NCBI GenBank assembly: GCA_036351155.1
Contig: JAZBOO010000091.1
Location: forward strand, 1-13,566
DNA length: 13,566 nucleotides
Source of the DNA: Candidatus Krumholzibacteriia bacterium
GTDB lineage: Bacteria > Krumholzibacteriota > Krumholzibacteriia > LZORAL124-64-63
Reading direction: 5' to 3'
In this document: positions 7,158 through 13,566 of the stretch, piece after piece
Layout: each line of letters begins with the position of its first letter
Numbering within the stretch: the stretch's first letter is position 1
The notes under the pieces: model-generated
The model's database searches: none
Seen by the model: the letters and a program-made list of their open reading frames with translations, nothing else
What the model was told of the DNA's origin: nothing
Made by a program: the position numbers and the translations under genes

Positions 7158-8744
7158 CTACCGGGGTTTCATGACGATGAACGGACACAGCATCTCCTCG
7201 AGACTGATCCCACCATGCTGGAAGCTGTCCCGGTACAGACGTTCGTACTCGTGGAAGTTGGTCGGATACACCAGGTAATGATTTTCCGACGTCACCGCAT
7301 AGTTTTCGATGGTGGACTGGGTGGGCAGGCGGTAGTCCATGGGGTTCTTCATCAGCATCACGCTGTCGTCATCCACCCCCAGGTTGTCCCCGAACTTGTA
7401 GCGCACATTGCTGCTGGTGTCCTTGTTGCCGCGAATCTGCATGCTGCGGCGACACAGCATGGACCCGTGGTCGGTGGTCAGGATGACCGTGCAATCCCGC
7501 CGGGCCAGGTTCTTCATGACCTCGAACAGGTTCGAGTGCTCGAACCACGAACGCATCAGCGAGCGGAAAGCCGCCTCGTCGGGCGCCAGTTCCTTGAGGA
7601 TGCGGTTCTGGCTCCGGCCGTGGGCCATGATGTCCAGGAAGTTGTACACACCGGCCACCAGCCGGGTGTCGCCCAGGCTGCCCAGGTTGCGGTGCAAGGG
7701 GTCGGCGTCACGGGCGTCGCTGATCTTGAAATAGCGATTGCTCCCGGCCGCGGGGCTTCCGGTCCGGTGACACAGCTCGCCCAGCAGATCGGCCTCGTGG
7801 GCATTCCGGCTGCCTTCGTGTGCAGGGTCGCTCACCCACCAGTGGGGGTATCCCTCGGCAATATCCAGGGGGTAAAGTCCGGCAAAAAGGGCGTTGCGCG
7901 CGTAAGGTGTGGCCGTTGGCAGAATGGACCAGTAGGTGCGCCGGTCCAGATGATAGTAAGATTCCAGCAGAGGTTCGATCATCCGGACCTGGTCCAGCCG
8001 CATGCAGTCGATGACGATCCAGAACACCTGCTTGCTCTGCTCGATTTCAGGGGCCACCCAGGATTCGAACACGCGCGGGCTGAAGAGCGGCACACCCGTT
8101 TCAGCTCCCGCGCCCCCCACACCGGTGTCGCCCTCGGAACTGATCCACTGGCGATAGTTCTCCCGGACGTACTTGCCGAACACCTTGTTGGCCGCCGCCT
8201 GTTGCTCGGCCATGGTGTCCAGCAAGCCATGATCACTGTAGGCAAAGAGGTTCATGCTCCAGGTGGTCAGATCGCTGTAAATCCCTTCCCAGTCCGCCGG
8301 CGAAGCCGCGGTGCCGATGCGGTCGGAGATGGCCATGAAGTTGCTCATGTAATCCCGGGTGACCTCTTCGCTGGCCAGACGCCGGGCCTCGAGCTGGCGC
8401 TTGAGCGCACTGAGGACCTGGATCGGAGAGACGGGCTTGACCAGATAGTCGTCGATGCGCTTTCCGATGGCCCGGCTCATCAGGTCCTCGGCCTCGCTCT
8501 TGGTGATCATGATCACCGGAACACTCGGGTCGATGCGGCGGATGCCTTCGAGGGTTTCCAGCCCGCCCATGCCAGGCATCATCTCGTCCAGAAGAATGGC
8601 GTCGAAGGGGTGTTCACGCAGAACCGCCAGAGCGTCCTGGCCGTTGGTCACGCCCTCCACGTCATAGCCCTTTTCCCCCAGGTACATGACCTGAGACCTC
8701 AGCTCCTCGATGTTGTCGTCGACCCAGAGAATTTGAAACGGCAC
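7158..8744 (-). CDS. porX: PorX-like bifunctional response regulator: REC domain + PglZ/alkaline-phosphatase-superfamily domain
   Basis: REC: WVDD, LLDEMMPG, MITKSE, DYLVKP. PglZ: IVIDCMRLDQ, SILPTATPYARNALFAG, NFLDIMAHGRS, LTTDHG, FQHGGISLEEM. 528 aa, no DNA-binding domain. GTG start with AAGGAAGGA upstream. Upstream of tsaE, as I recall for Bacteroidota porX. The symbol denotes homology, not a proven T9SS role. Confidence 0.9.
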   Translation of the reverse strand: MPFQILWVDDNIEELRSQVMYLGEKGYDVEGVTNGQDALAVLREHPFDAILLDEMMPGMGGLETLEGIRRIDPSVPVIMITKSEAEDLMSRAIGKRIDDYLVKPVSPIQVLSALKRQLEARRLASEEVTRDYMSNFMAISDRIGTAASPADWEGIYSDLTTWSMNLFAYSDHGLLDTMAEQQAAANKVFGKYVRENYRQWISSEGDTGVGGAGAETGVPLFSPRVFESWVAPEIEQSKQVFWIVIDCMRLDQVRMIEPLLESYYHLDRRTYWSILPTATPYARNALFAGLYPLDIAEGYPHWWVSDPAHEGSRNAHEADLLGELCHRTGSPAAGSNRYFKISDARDADPLHRNLGSLGDTRLVAGVYNFLDIMAHGRSQNRILKELAPDEAAFRSLMRSWFEHSNLFEVMKNLARRDCTVILTTDHGSMLCRRSMQIRGNKDTSSNVRYKFGDNLGVDDDSVMLMKNPMDYRLPTQSTIENYAVTSENHYLVYPTNFHEYERLYRDSFQHGGISLEEMLCPFIVMKPR

Positions 8745-8745
8745 G

Positions 8746-10047
8746 TCAGCGTCCTTCCTTTGCTGGGGCCCCGGACTCGTGGTCCAGGGGTGTCCGGTCG
8801 GGGGGCAATTCCACCGCGAACGTGGTGCCGTGACTGCTGGTCTCGGCGATGTTGATGCGTCCCCCGTGGTACTGGGTGACGATGCGGTGCACCAGGGCCA
8901 GGCCCATGCCCCACCCCCTCTTCTTGGTGGTGAAGCCCGGCTCGAAAACCTTCTTGCCCACCCCCGAGGGGATGCCCTTGCCGGTATCGGAGACCATGAT
9001 GCTCACGCCGCCCTCGGGCAGATCAGCCAGCTTCACCGTGATGGTGCCCTTGCCGTCCTTCAGGGCATCGATGCCATTCTTGATCAGGTTTTCGAAAACC
9101 CAGCCCAGCAAGTCGCGGTTGAAACGCACGTGCCCCAGAACGGTTCCCTCGCGACGCAGCTGGACTCGTCCTCCCAGATGGGGAAGACGCCGCTGAAAAT
9201 AGGTGATGACCTGGTCGACCATGCCGTTGAGGTCCGTGTCATCCAGCTGGGGCATGCTCCCGATCTGGCTGAAGCGGGCCGAGATCATGCTCAAACGGGT
9301 CACGTCGCGGTTGAGCTCCACCATCACCTCGTCGTGACGCCCCACCTTCTCTTCGAGGATGGCCACCCAGCCCATGATCGAGGTCAGGGGCGTGCCCAGC
9401 TGGTGCGCTGTTTCCTTGGCCATGCCGGCGAACAGAGCCTTCTGCTCGGCGATCTGCCGGCTTTGCAGGGCCCACAGGATGACCAGGAAGAACAGCACCA
9501 TGATCATCAGTTCCACGTAGGGCATGTACCGGATGCGGATACTCAGGGCGCTGTTGCCGTAGTGCAGCGTGCCCACCCGTTGACCTTCAGGTGAGAAAAT
9601 ACCGAAGGGATCATTCTCCTGATCGAAGGCCTGGGCCTTGGACAGGATCTCGGTGATGGCCGGATTGGACACCTTGGTCGGGTCGATGCTCATCAGCACC
9701 TTGTAGTCCGGCATGGGGATGCCGATCACCGGTTCGTTCCAGAACCAGGGCCGCCCGCTGTTGTCGGTGATCACGAAAGGCACCTCGATCTCGTTGATGA
9801 TCTCGATGACCGGCTGCACCTCCTCCACGTTCTGGGCCAGGAGCAGACGGCTGCCCAGGTCGGCAAAAAGCCGCGTGGTCAGGTAGCTCTGGCGCTCCAC
9901 CGACTTGCTGACCCGGATGGTGAAGACCGTGGTGGCCACGACGATGCTCAGGCCGCCCAGCAGCAGATACATGTTGAAGATGTACCTCTTGCGAAGCCAG
10001 CTGATGCCCCTGTGCCATCCCTTGCCGCTGCCGTTGGATCCCGCCAT
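8746..10047 (-). CDS. Membrane sensor histidine kinase (PorY-like)
   Basis: Two TM segments (YLLLGGLSIVVATTVFTI; YVELMIMVLFFLVILWAL) flank a ~130-aa extracytoplasmic region. H-box AKETAHQLGTPLTS, N-box ENLIKNGIDA, G1 DTGKGI, F-box FEPGFTTK, G2 GWGMGL. ATG at 10047 lies 1 nt after the serS stop (the ORF-track start at 10113 is inside serS). The PorY resemblance is from recalled motifs and is less certain than the kinase call. Confidence 0.92.
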   Translation of the reverse strand: MAGSNGSGKGWHRGISWLRKRYIFNMYLLLGGLSIVVATTVFTIRVSKSVERQSYLTTRLFADLGSRLLLAQNVEEVQPVIEIINEIEVPFVITDNSGRPWFWNEPVIGIPMPDYKVLMSIDPTKVSNPAITEILSKAQAFDQENDPFGIFSPEGQRVGTLHYGNSALSIRIRYMPYVELMIMVLFFLVILWALQSRQIAEQKALFAGMAKETAHQLGTPLTSIMGWVAILEEKVGRHDEVMVELNRDVTRLSMISARFSQIGSMPQLDDTDLNGMVDQVITYFQRRLPHLGGRVQLRREGTVLGHVRFNRDLLGWVFENLIKNGIDALKDGKGTITVKLADLPEGGVSIMVSDTGKGIPSGVGKKVFEPGFTTKKRGWGMGLALVHRIVTQYHGGRINIAETSSHGTTFAVELPPDRTPLDHESGAPAKEGR

Positions 10048-10048
10048 A

Positions 10049-11308
10049 TCAGCCGATGTACTCCATCCCACCCATGTAGGGCACCAGAACATCGGGGACC
10101 CGGATCCGTCCATCCGCCGTCTGGTAATTCTCCATGATGGCCACCAGGATGCGGGGCAAGGCCAGGCCCGACCCGTTCAGGGTGTGGACAAAACCCTTGC
10201 GCCCCTCACCCTTGAAACGAATTCCGGCCCGCCGCGCCTGGAAATCCACGAAATTGCTGCAGGACGACACCTCGAGCCAGCTCTGCACTCCGGCCGACCA
10301 CACCTCCAGGTCGTAGCACTTGCTGGCCGCAAAGCTGAGATCGCCGGTGGCCAGGGCCAGCACGCGGTAGGGCAGGTTCAGCTTCTGCAGCAGTTCCTCG
10401 GCGTGACCGGTCAAGGTTTCCAGGGCATCCCAGGAGGTTTCAGGGTCGACGAACTTCACCATCTCGACCTTGTGGAACTGGTGGACCCGCAACAGGCCCC
10501 GCGTGTCCTTGCCCGCCGCCCCCGCCTCACGCCGGAAGCAGGGCGAAAACGCGCAGTAGTTCAGGGGCAGGCGGTCCAGGTCCAGCGTGTCCTTCATGTG
10601 CACGTTGGTCACGGTGACCTCGGCGGTGGGGATCAGGTACAGATCATCCACGGGGCAGTGGTACATGTCGTCGGCCAGCTTGGGCAGCTGACCGGTGCCC
10701 GTCATGGCCACCGGTCCGGCCAGGTAGGGCACGTTGATCTCGGTGTAACCCTGCTCCAGATGCACATCCAGGAACCAGTTGATCAGGGCGCGTTCCAGGC
10801 GGGCACCCGCCCCGGAAAGAACGGTGAATCCACTGCCGCTCATGCGGCTGGCCGCCTCCGGGTGGAAAATCCCCAGCTCGGCTCCGATATCCCAGTGGGG
10901 CATGACCGTGAAATCGGGTGTCACCGGCTCGCCCCAGGTGCGCACCAGCTCGTTGTTTTCCTCGCCGCCCTCGGGCGCCGAAGGGTGGGGAATATTGGGG
11001 ATGCGCAGGTAAAGCTCTTCCACCTCGGCCTCCAGTGCGGTGGCCACGGCTTTCAGCTCCTTGATGCGGCCCGACACTTCCTTCATGGCCGCGATGGCGT
11101 CCGCCGGATCCTCGCCCGCCTTCTTCTTTTCGCTGATGGCGCGGTTGGCCTGGTTGGCCTCGGCCTGCAGTGTTTCGGTTTCCTGGAGGGCGGCCCGCCG
11201 CTGGGCATCCTTGTCGTAATAGGCCGCGATGTCCACCGACTCGTTTTTCAGCGCCACGGACCGGGTCACCAGGTCCTGGTTTTCACGAAGAAATTTGCGA
11301 TCCAGCAA
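10049..11308 (-). CDS. serS: Serine--tRNA ligase
   Basis: MLDRKFLREN N-terminal coiled-coil arm, IPNIPH, GTGQLPK, LIPTAEV, motif 2 CFRREAG..GKDTRGLLRVHQFHKVE, EVSSCSN..DFQARR, motif 3 HTLNGSGLALPR. TTG start with AAAGGGA upstream. Confidence 0.98.
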   Translation of the reverse strand: MLDRKFLRENQDLVTRSVALKNESVDIAAYYDKDAQRRAALQETETLQAEANQANRAISEKKKAGEDPADAIAAMKEVSGRIKELKAVATALEAEVEELYLRIPNIPHPSAPEGGEENNELVRTWGEPVTPDFTVMPHWDIGAELGIFHPEAASRMSGSGFTVLSGAGARLERALINWFLDVHLEQGYTEINVPYLAGPVAMTGTGQLPKLADDMYHCPVDDLYLIPTAEVTVTNVHMKDTLDLDRLPLNYCAFSPCFRREAGAAGKDTRGLLRVHQFHKVEMVKFVDPETSWDALETLTGHAEELLQKLNLPYRVLALATGDLSFAASKCYDLEVWSAGVQSWLEVSSCSNFVDFQARRAGIRFKGEGRKGFVHTLNGSGLALPRILVAIMENYQTADGRIRVPDVLVPYMGGMEYIG

Positions 11309-11446
11309 GACAGATCCCTTTCTTGGGCCGATTGTGCCGCGCCCGGGCCAGGTTTGCCGCGGATTCCCGCCCGATCCTGCAGGTCCCCGGAAATGGATAA
11401 ACCTTCACAACAGCATGGCTTGGCCCTTTCCCGCGGGGAAATGGAT

Positions 11447-11475
11447 TTGCAATCCTGTCGTCAGGCTGTTAGAAG
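11447..11475 (+). promoter_or_regulatory. Candidate sigma70-type promoter for pyrF-pyrE
   Basis: TTGCAA (11447-11452), 17 nt, TAGAAG (11470-11475), preceded by an extended -10 TGn. It lies in the serS/pyrF divergent spacer. The -10 lacks the final T. Confidence 0.4.
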
Positions 11476-11553
11476 GGTAGTAGGAAGTATCAGCCTGCGG
11501 CAAGCCAATTCCGCCGTCGGCTCGCCCGCACCCCCAAGAGGATGGCAGAGAGC

Positions 11554-12327
11554 ATGAATCGCCAAGCACTTCTGGCCGCGTTGAGGGACCTGCCCGCGCA
11601 GCGCCGCATCATCACGGCCCTGGACGTTCCCGCGCACACCGAAGCCATGGAACTGGCCGGCCGACTGGGCCCCGAAGGCGGGTTCGTCAAGGTGGGCCTC
11701 GAGCTGTTCAGCGCCGCCGGGCCCCGGGTGGTCCAGGACCTGCTGGGCCTGGGTCGCGATATTTTTCTGGACCTGAAATACAACGACATTCCCAACACCG
11801 TGGCCAGCGCCGCGCGGATGGCCGCCGGCATGGGGGCGTCGCTGTGCACCATGCACGCCAATGCCGGGCGAGGCGCCATGACCGCCGCTGCCGAAGCCCT
11901 GGCCCAGGCCCCGCTGGGGCCCTCCGGGCGCCGGCCTGCCCTGCTGGCGGTCACGGTGTTGACCAGCCTGTCCCAGGCCGAGATGAACGAGGTCCGTCCC
12001 TCCGACGACAGCCTGCAGGACAGCGTGGAGCGCCTGGCCAAGCTGGCCTGGGACTGCGGTTGCGACGGCGTGGTCTGCGCCGCGGCCGACCTGCCCCGGC
12101 TGCGCCAGGTGATCGGCCCCGAGCCTCTCACGGTCACTCCGGGCATCCGGCCCGCCGGCAGCGCCACCGATGACCAGCACCGCGTGACCACCCCGGCCAT
12201 GGCCGTGGAATGGGGTGCGGATTTTCTGGTCATCGGCCGCCCCATCACGAAGGCTGACGATCCCGAAGCCGCCATCAACGCCATCGCCGCCGAGATCGCG
12301 GCGAGTACCCGCCAATCCGGAGGATGA
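11554..12327 (+). CDS. pyrF: Orotidine-5'-phosphate decarboxylase
   Basis: IITALD, VKVGLELF, catalytic FLDLKYNDIPNTV, TMHA, LAVTVLTS, DGVVC, VTPGIRP, DDQHRVTTP, LVIGRPI. Start is ATG 11554 or 11542. Confidence 0.97.
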   Translation: MNRQALLAALRDLPAQRRIITALDVPAHTEAMELAGRLGPEGGFVKVGLELFSAAGPRVVQDLLGLGRDIFLDLKYNDIPNTVASAARMAAGMGASLCTMHANAGRGAMTAAAEALAQAPLGPSGRRPALLAVTVLTSLSQAEMNEVRPSDDSLQDSVERLAKLAWDCGCDGVVCAAADLPRLRQVIGPEPLTVTPGIRPAGSATDDQHRVTTPAMAVEWGADFLVIGRPITKADDPEAAINAIAAEIAASTRQSGG

Positions 12328-12332
12328 TTCCG

Positions 12333-12905
12333 ATGACCGAGCAAAAAGTCCTGACACTGATGGAAGAACTGGGTGCCCTGCACAACGGGCATTTCCTGCT
12401 GAGCAGCGGCCTGCACAGCGACCGGTATTTCCAGTGCGCCCGGATCCTGCAGTTTCCCGACCTGGCCCGTGAACTCGGGGCCGCCCTGGCCGCATTCTAT
12501 GCTGAAACTCCCTGTGACCTGGTGGTCAGCCCCGCCCTGGGCGGCATCCTCATCGGTCACGAGGTGGCCCGGGCCATGGGCCGGCGCTTCGTGTTTTCCG
12601 AGCGAAAAGATGGTCAAATGATGATCCGGCGCGGCTTCTCCCTGGAGCAGGGCGAGAAGGTCGTGATCGCCGAAGACGTGGTCACCCGCGGCACCAGTCT
12701 GCTCGAGGTGGTCAAGGTGGTCGAGGAAGCCGGCGGCGTGGTCGTGGGGTTGACCAGCATCATCGACCGCACCGGGGGCGACGTGGAGCTTCCCCTGCCG
12801 CTGAAAAGCCTGGCCAAGGTCAAGGTGGAAACCTGGGACGCGGCGGCCTGCCCTCTGTGCCAGAAGGGCATCGACCTGATCAAGCCCGGCAGCCGGGGAA
12901 ACTGA
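12333..12905 (+). CDS. pyrE: Orotate phosphoribosyltransferase
   Basis: GHFLLSSGLHS..YFQCA, SPALGG, PRPP-binding VVIAEDVVTRGTS, IIDR, C-terminal CPLC...KPGSRG. GGAGG at 12319-12323 favours ATG 12333 over 12324. Confidence 0.97.
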   Translation: MTEQKVLTLMEELGALHNGHFLLSSGLHSDRYFQCARILQFPDLARELGAALAAFYAETPCDLVVSPALGGILIGHEVARAMGRRFVFSERKDGQMMIRRGFSLEQGEKVVIAEDVVTRGTSLLEVVKVVEEAGGVVVGLTSIIDRTGGDVELPLPLKSLAKVKVETWDAAACPLCQKGIDLIKPGSRGN

Positions 12906-12909
12906 TTCC

Positions 12910-13566
12910 GTGACGGACCCCTCCGCTTCTTCCTCGGGAAAGATCTGTGGAGAATCGTGGGGAAAGACCATCCGGGGCGGCCTGCTGGCCGTCCTGGTTT
13001 TTTTGTTCCTCTGGTGGCCCGCCCATCCTGCCCAGCCCCCTCTGCCAACAGCAGATCTGTACACCCACCTGAGCTGCGCCCGCCACCTGGCGAAGGGACA
13101 GGGATTCCAGACCGACATCGCCTACCCCCTGTCCTTCGCCTTTCCCTTCGCGCGCTCCCTCCCCCAGCCCATGATCCACCGGGGATGCGGCCTGGCCCTG
13201 GTCCTGACTGTGCCCTACACCCTGGCCGGAGGCGATCCCCACGCCACCGTGGAAGCCGCCCGTCTGCTGCAGGTGTTCGGGCTGCTGGTCATCGTTTTCC
13301 TGGGAACCGCGGGATTCCAGCGCCGGAATCAGGGAGTGGCCATCGGCTCCTGGATTGTGTTCCTGGCCACTCATGGCCTGCTGGTGTTTGCGGTGGACTG
13401 GGTATTCGAAGAACTGCTGGTGGGCGGTATTTTGCTGGCCCTCTGGCTGCGCCTCCGGGAAGGACAGCCCCCGCGCATGATCGACGGCCTGCTGGCCGGG
13501 ACGGTCCCCCTCTTTCGTCTGGAGCTGTTCTGGGTTCCAGTCCTGTGGTGGATCTGGTTCGGGTGG
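12910..13566 (+). CDS. Polytopic membrane protein, probable GT-C fold (ArnT/PMT-like) glycosyltransferase (partial; 219 codons visible)
   Basis: Manual translation; not in the ORF track. GTG 4 nt after the pyrE stop, frame open to the window end. TM1 (GLLAVLVFLFLWW) is followed by DLYTHLSCARHLAKGQG, resembling the GT-C D-x-x-x-Y/H-x-x-x-A-x-x-L-x-x-G-x-G first loop. Then IHRGCGLALVL, several hydrophobic segments, WVFEEL and GLLAG...LFRLE. Coding status is likely; the family call is moderate. Confidence 0.65.
   Translation, partial: MTDPSASSSGKICGESWGKTIRGGLLAVLVFLFLWWPAHPAQPPLPTADLYTHLSCARHLAKGQGFQTDIAYPLSFAFPFARSLPQPMIHRGCGLALVLTVPYTLAGGDPHATVEAARLLQVFGLLVIVFLGTAGFQRRNQGVAIGSWIVFLATHGLLVFAVDWVFEELLVGGILLALWLRLREGQPPRMIDGLLAGTVPLFRLELFWVPVLWWIWFGW
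12972..13004 (+). terminator. Intrinsic-terminator-like hairpin downstream of pyrE, inside the next ORF
   Basis: CCGGGGCGGCC-TGCT-GGCCGTCCTGG forms an 11-bp stem (9 G-C, 2 G-U), followed immediately by TTTTTTT (12998-13004), 66 nt after the pyrE stop. Confidence 0.5.

Noticed and set aside
7158..8744. PglZ domain as a sign of a BREX/Pgl anti-phage system
   Set aside because: It is fused to a REC domain in PorX architecture and sits in a housekeeping block. There are no brxA/B/C, pglX or brxL genes in the window.
6915..8855. 646-aa plus-strand ORF
   Set aside because: Antisense shadow of the PorX-like gene; no recognisable domain.
5199..11308. Several non-ATG starts (serS TTG, porX GTG, rimI TTG, accD GTG)
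   Set aside because: Common in high-GC bacteria, and each has a plausible SD or coupling, so this is not evidence of special regulation.
11309..11553. T-box for serS, PyrR attenuator or tRNA in the divergent spacer
   Set aside because: I could not find a T-box consensus, PyrR-binding loop, U-tailed terminator or cloverleaf.
9905..11557. 550-aa plus-strand ORF
   Set aside because: Antisense shadow of serS running across the spacer; no motifs.
11764..11800. PyrF motif DLKYND with Asn where His is common
   Set aside because: The catalytic D-x-K-x-x-D residues are intact and this position varies, so there is no evidence of altered function.
11490..13118. 542-aa minus-strand ORF and other short overlapping ORFs in the track
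   Set aside because: Antisense or out-of-frame to well-supported genes, with Arg/Pro/Gly-rich or shadow composition.

Overview
GC-rich bacterial chromosomal core region with no mobile element, RNA gene or CRISPR array that I can see. On the minus strand, a tightly packed block serS - sensor histidine kinase (PorY-like) - REC/PglZ response regulator (PorX-like) - tsaE - tsaB - rimI is followed, after a 156-bp structured spacer, by accD - folC - ROK sugar kinase - a large exported LptD-type protein that runs off the left edge. On the plus strand, divergent from serS, are pyrF - pyrE - a GT-C-like polytopic membrane protein that runs off the right edge. The ORF track misses both edge genes, so I translated them by hand. 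The PorX-like regulator, Bacteroidota-style OstA/LptD domains and D-S/T-hydrophobic motifs suggest a high-GC FCB-group bacterium (inference). The best leads are: (1) an apparent OstA/LptA-like + LptD fusion with a very long periplasmic region; (2) a linker in that protein packed with FCB-type O-glycosylation sequons; (3) a physically linked PorY-like/PorX-like pair inside a serS-tsaE-tsaB-rimI block; (4) an intrinsic-terminator-like hairpin inside the 5' end of the GT-C gene. Family assignments come from motif recognition, not database searches, and novelty cannot be established from sequence alone.
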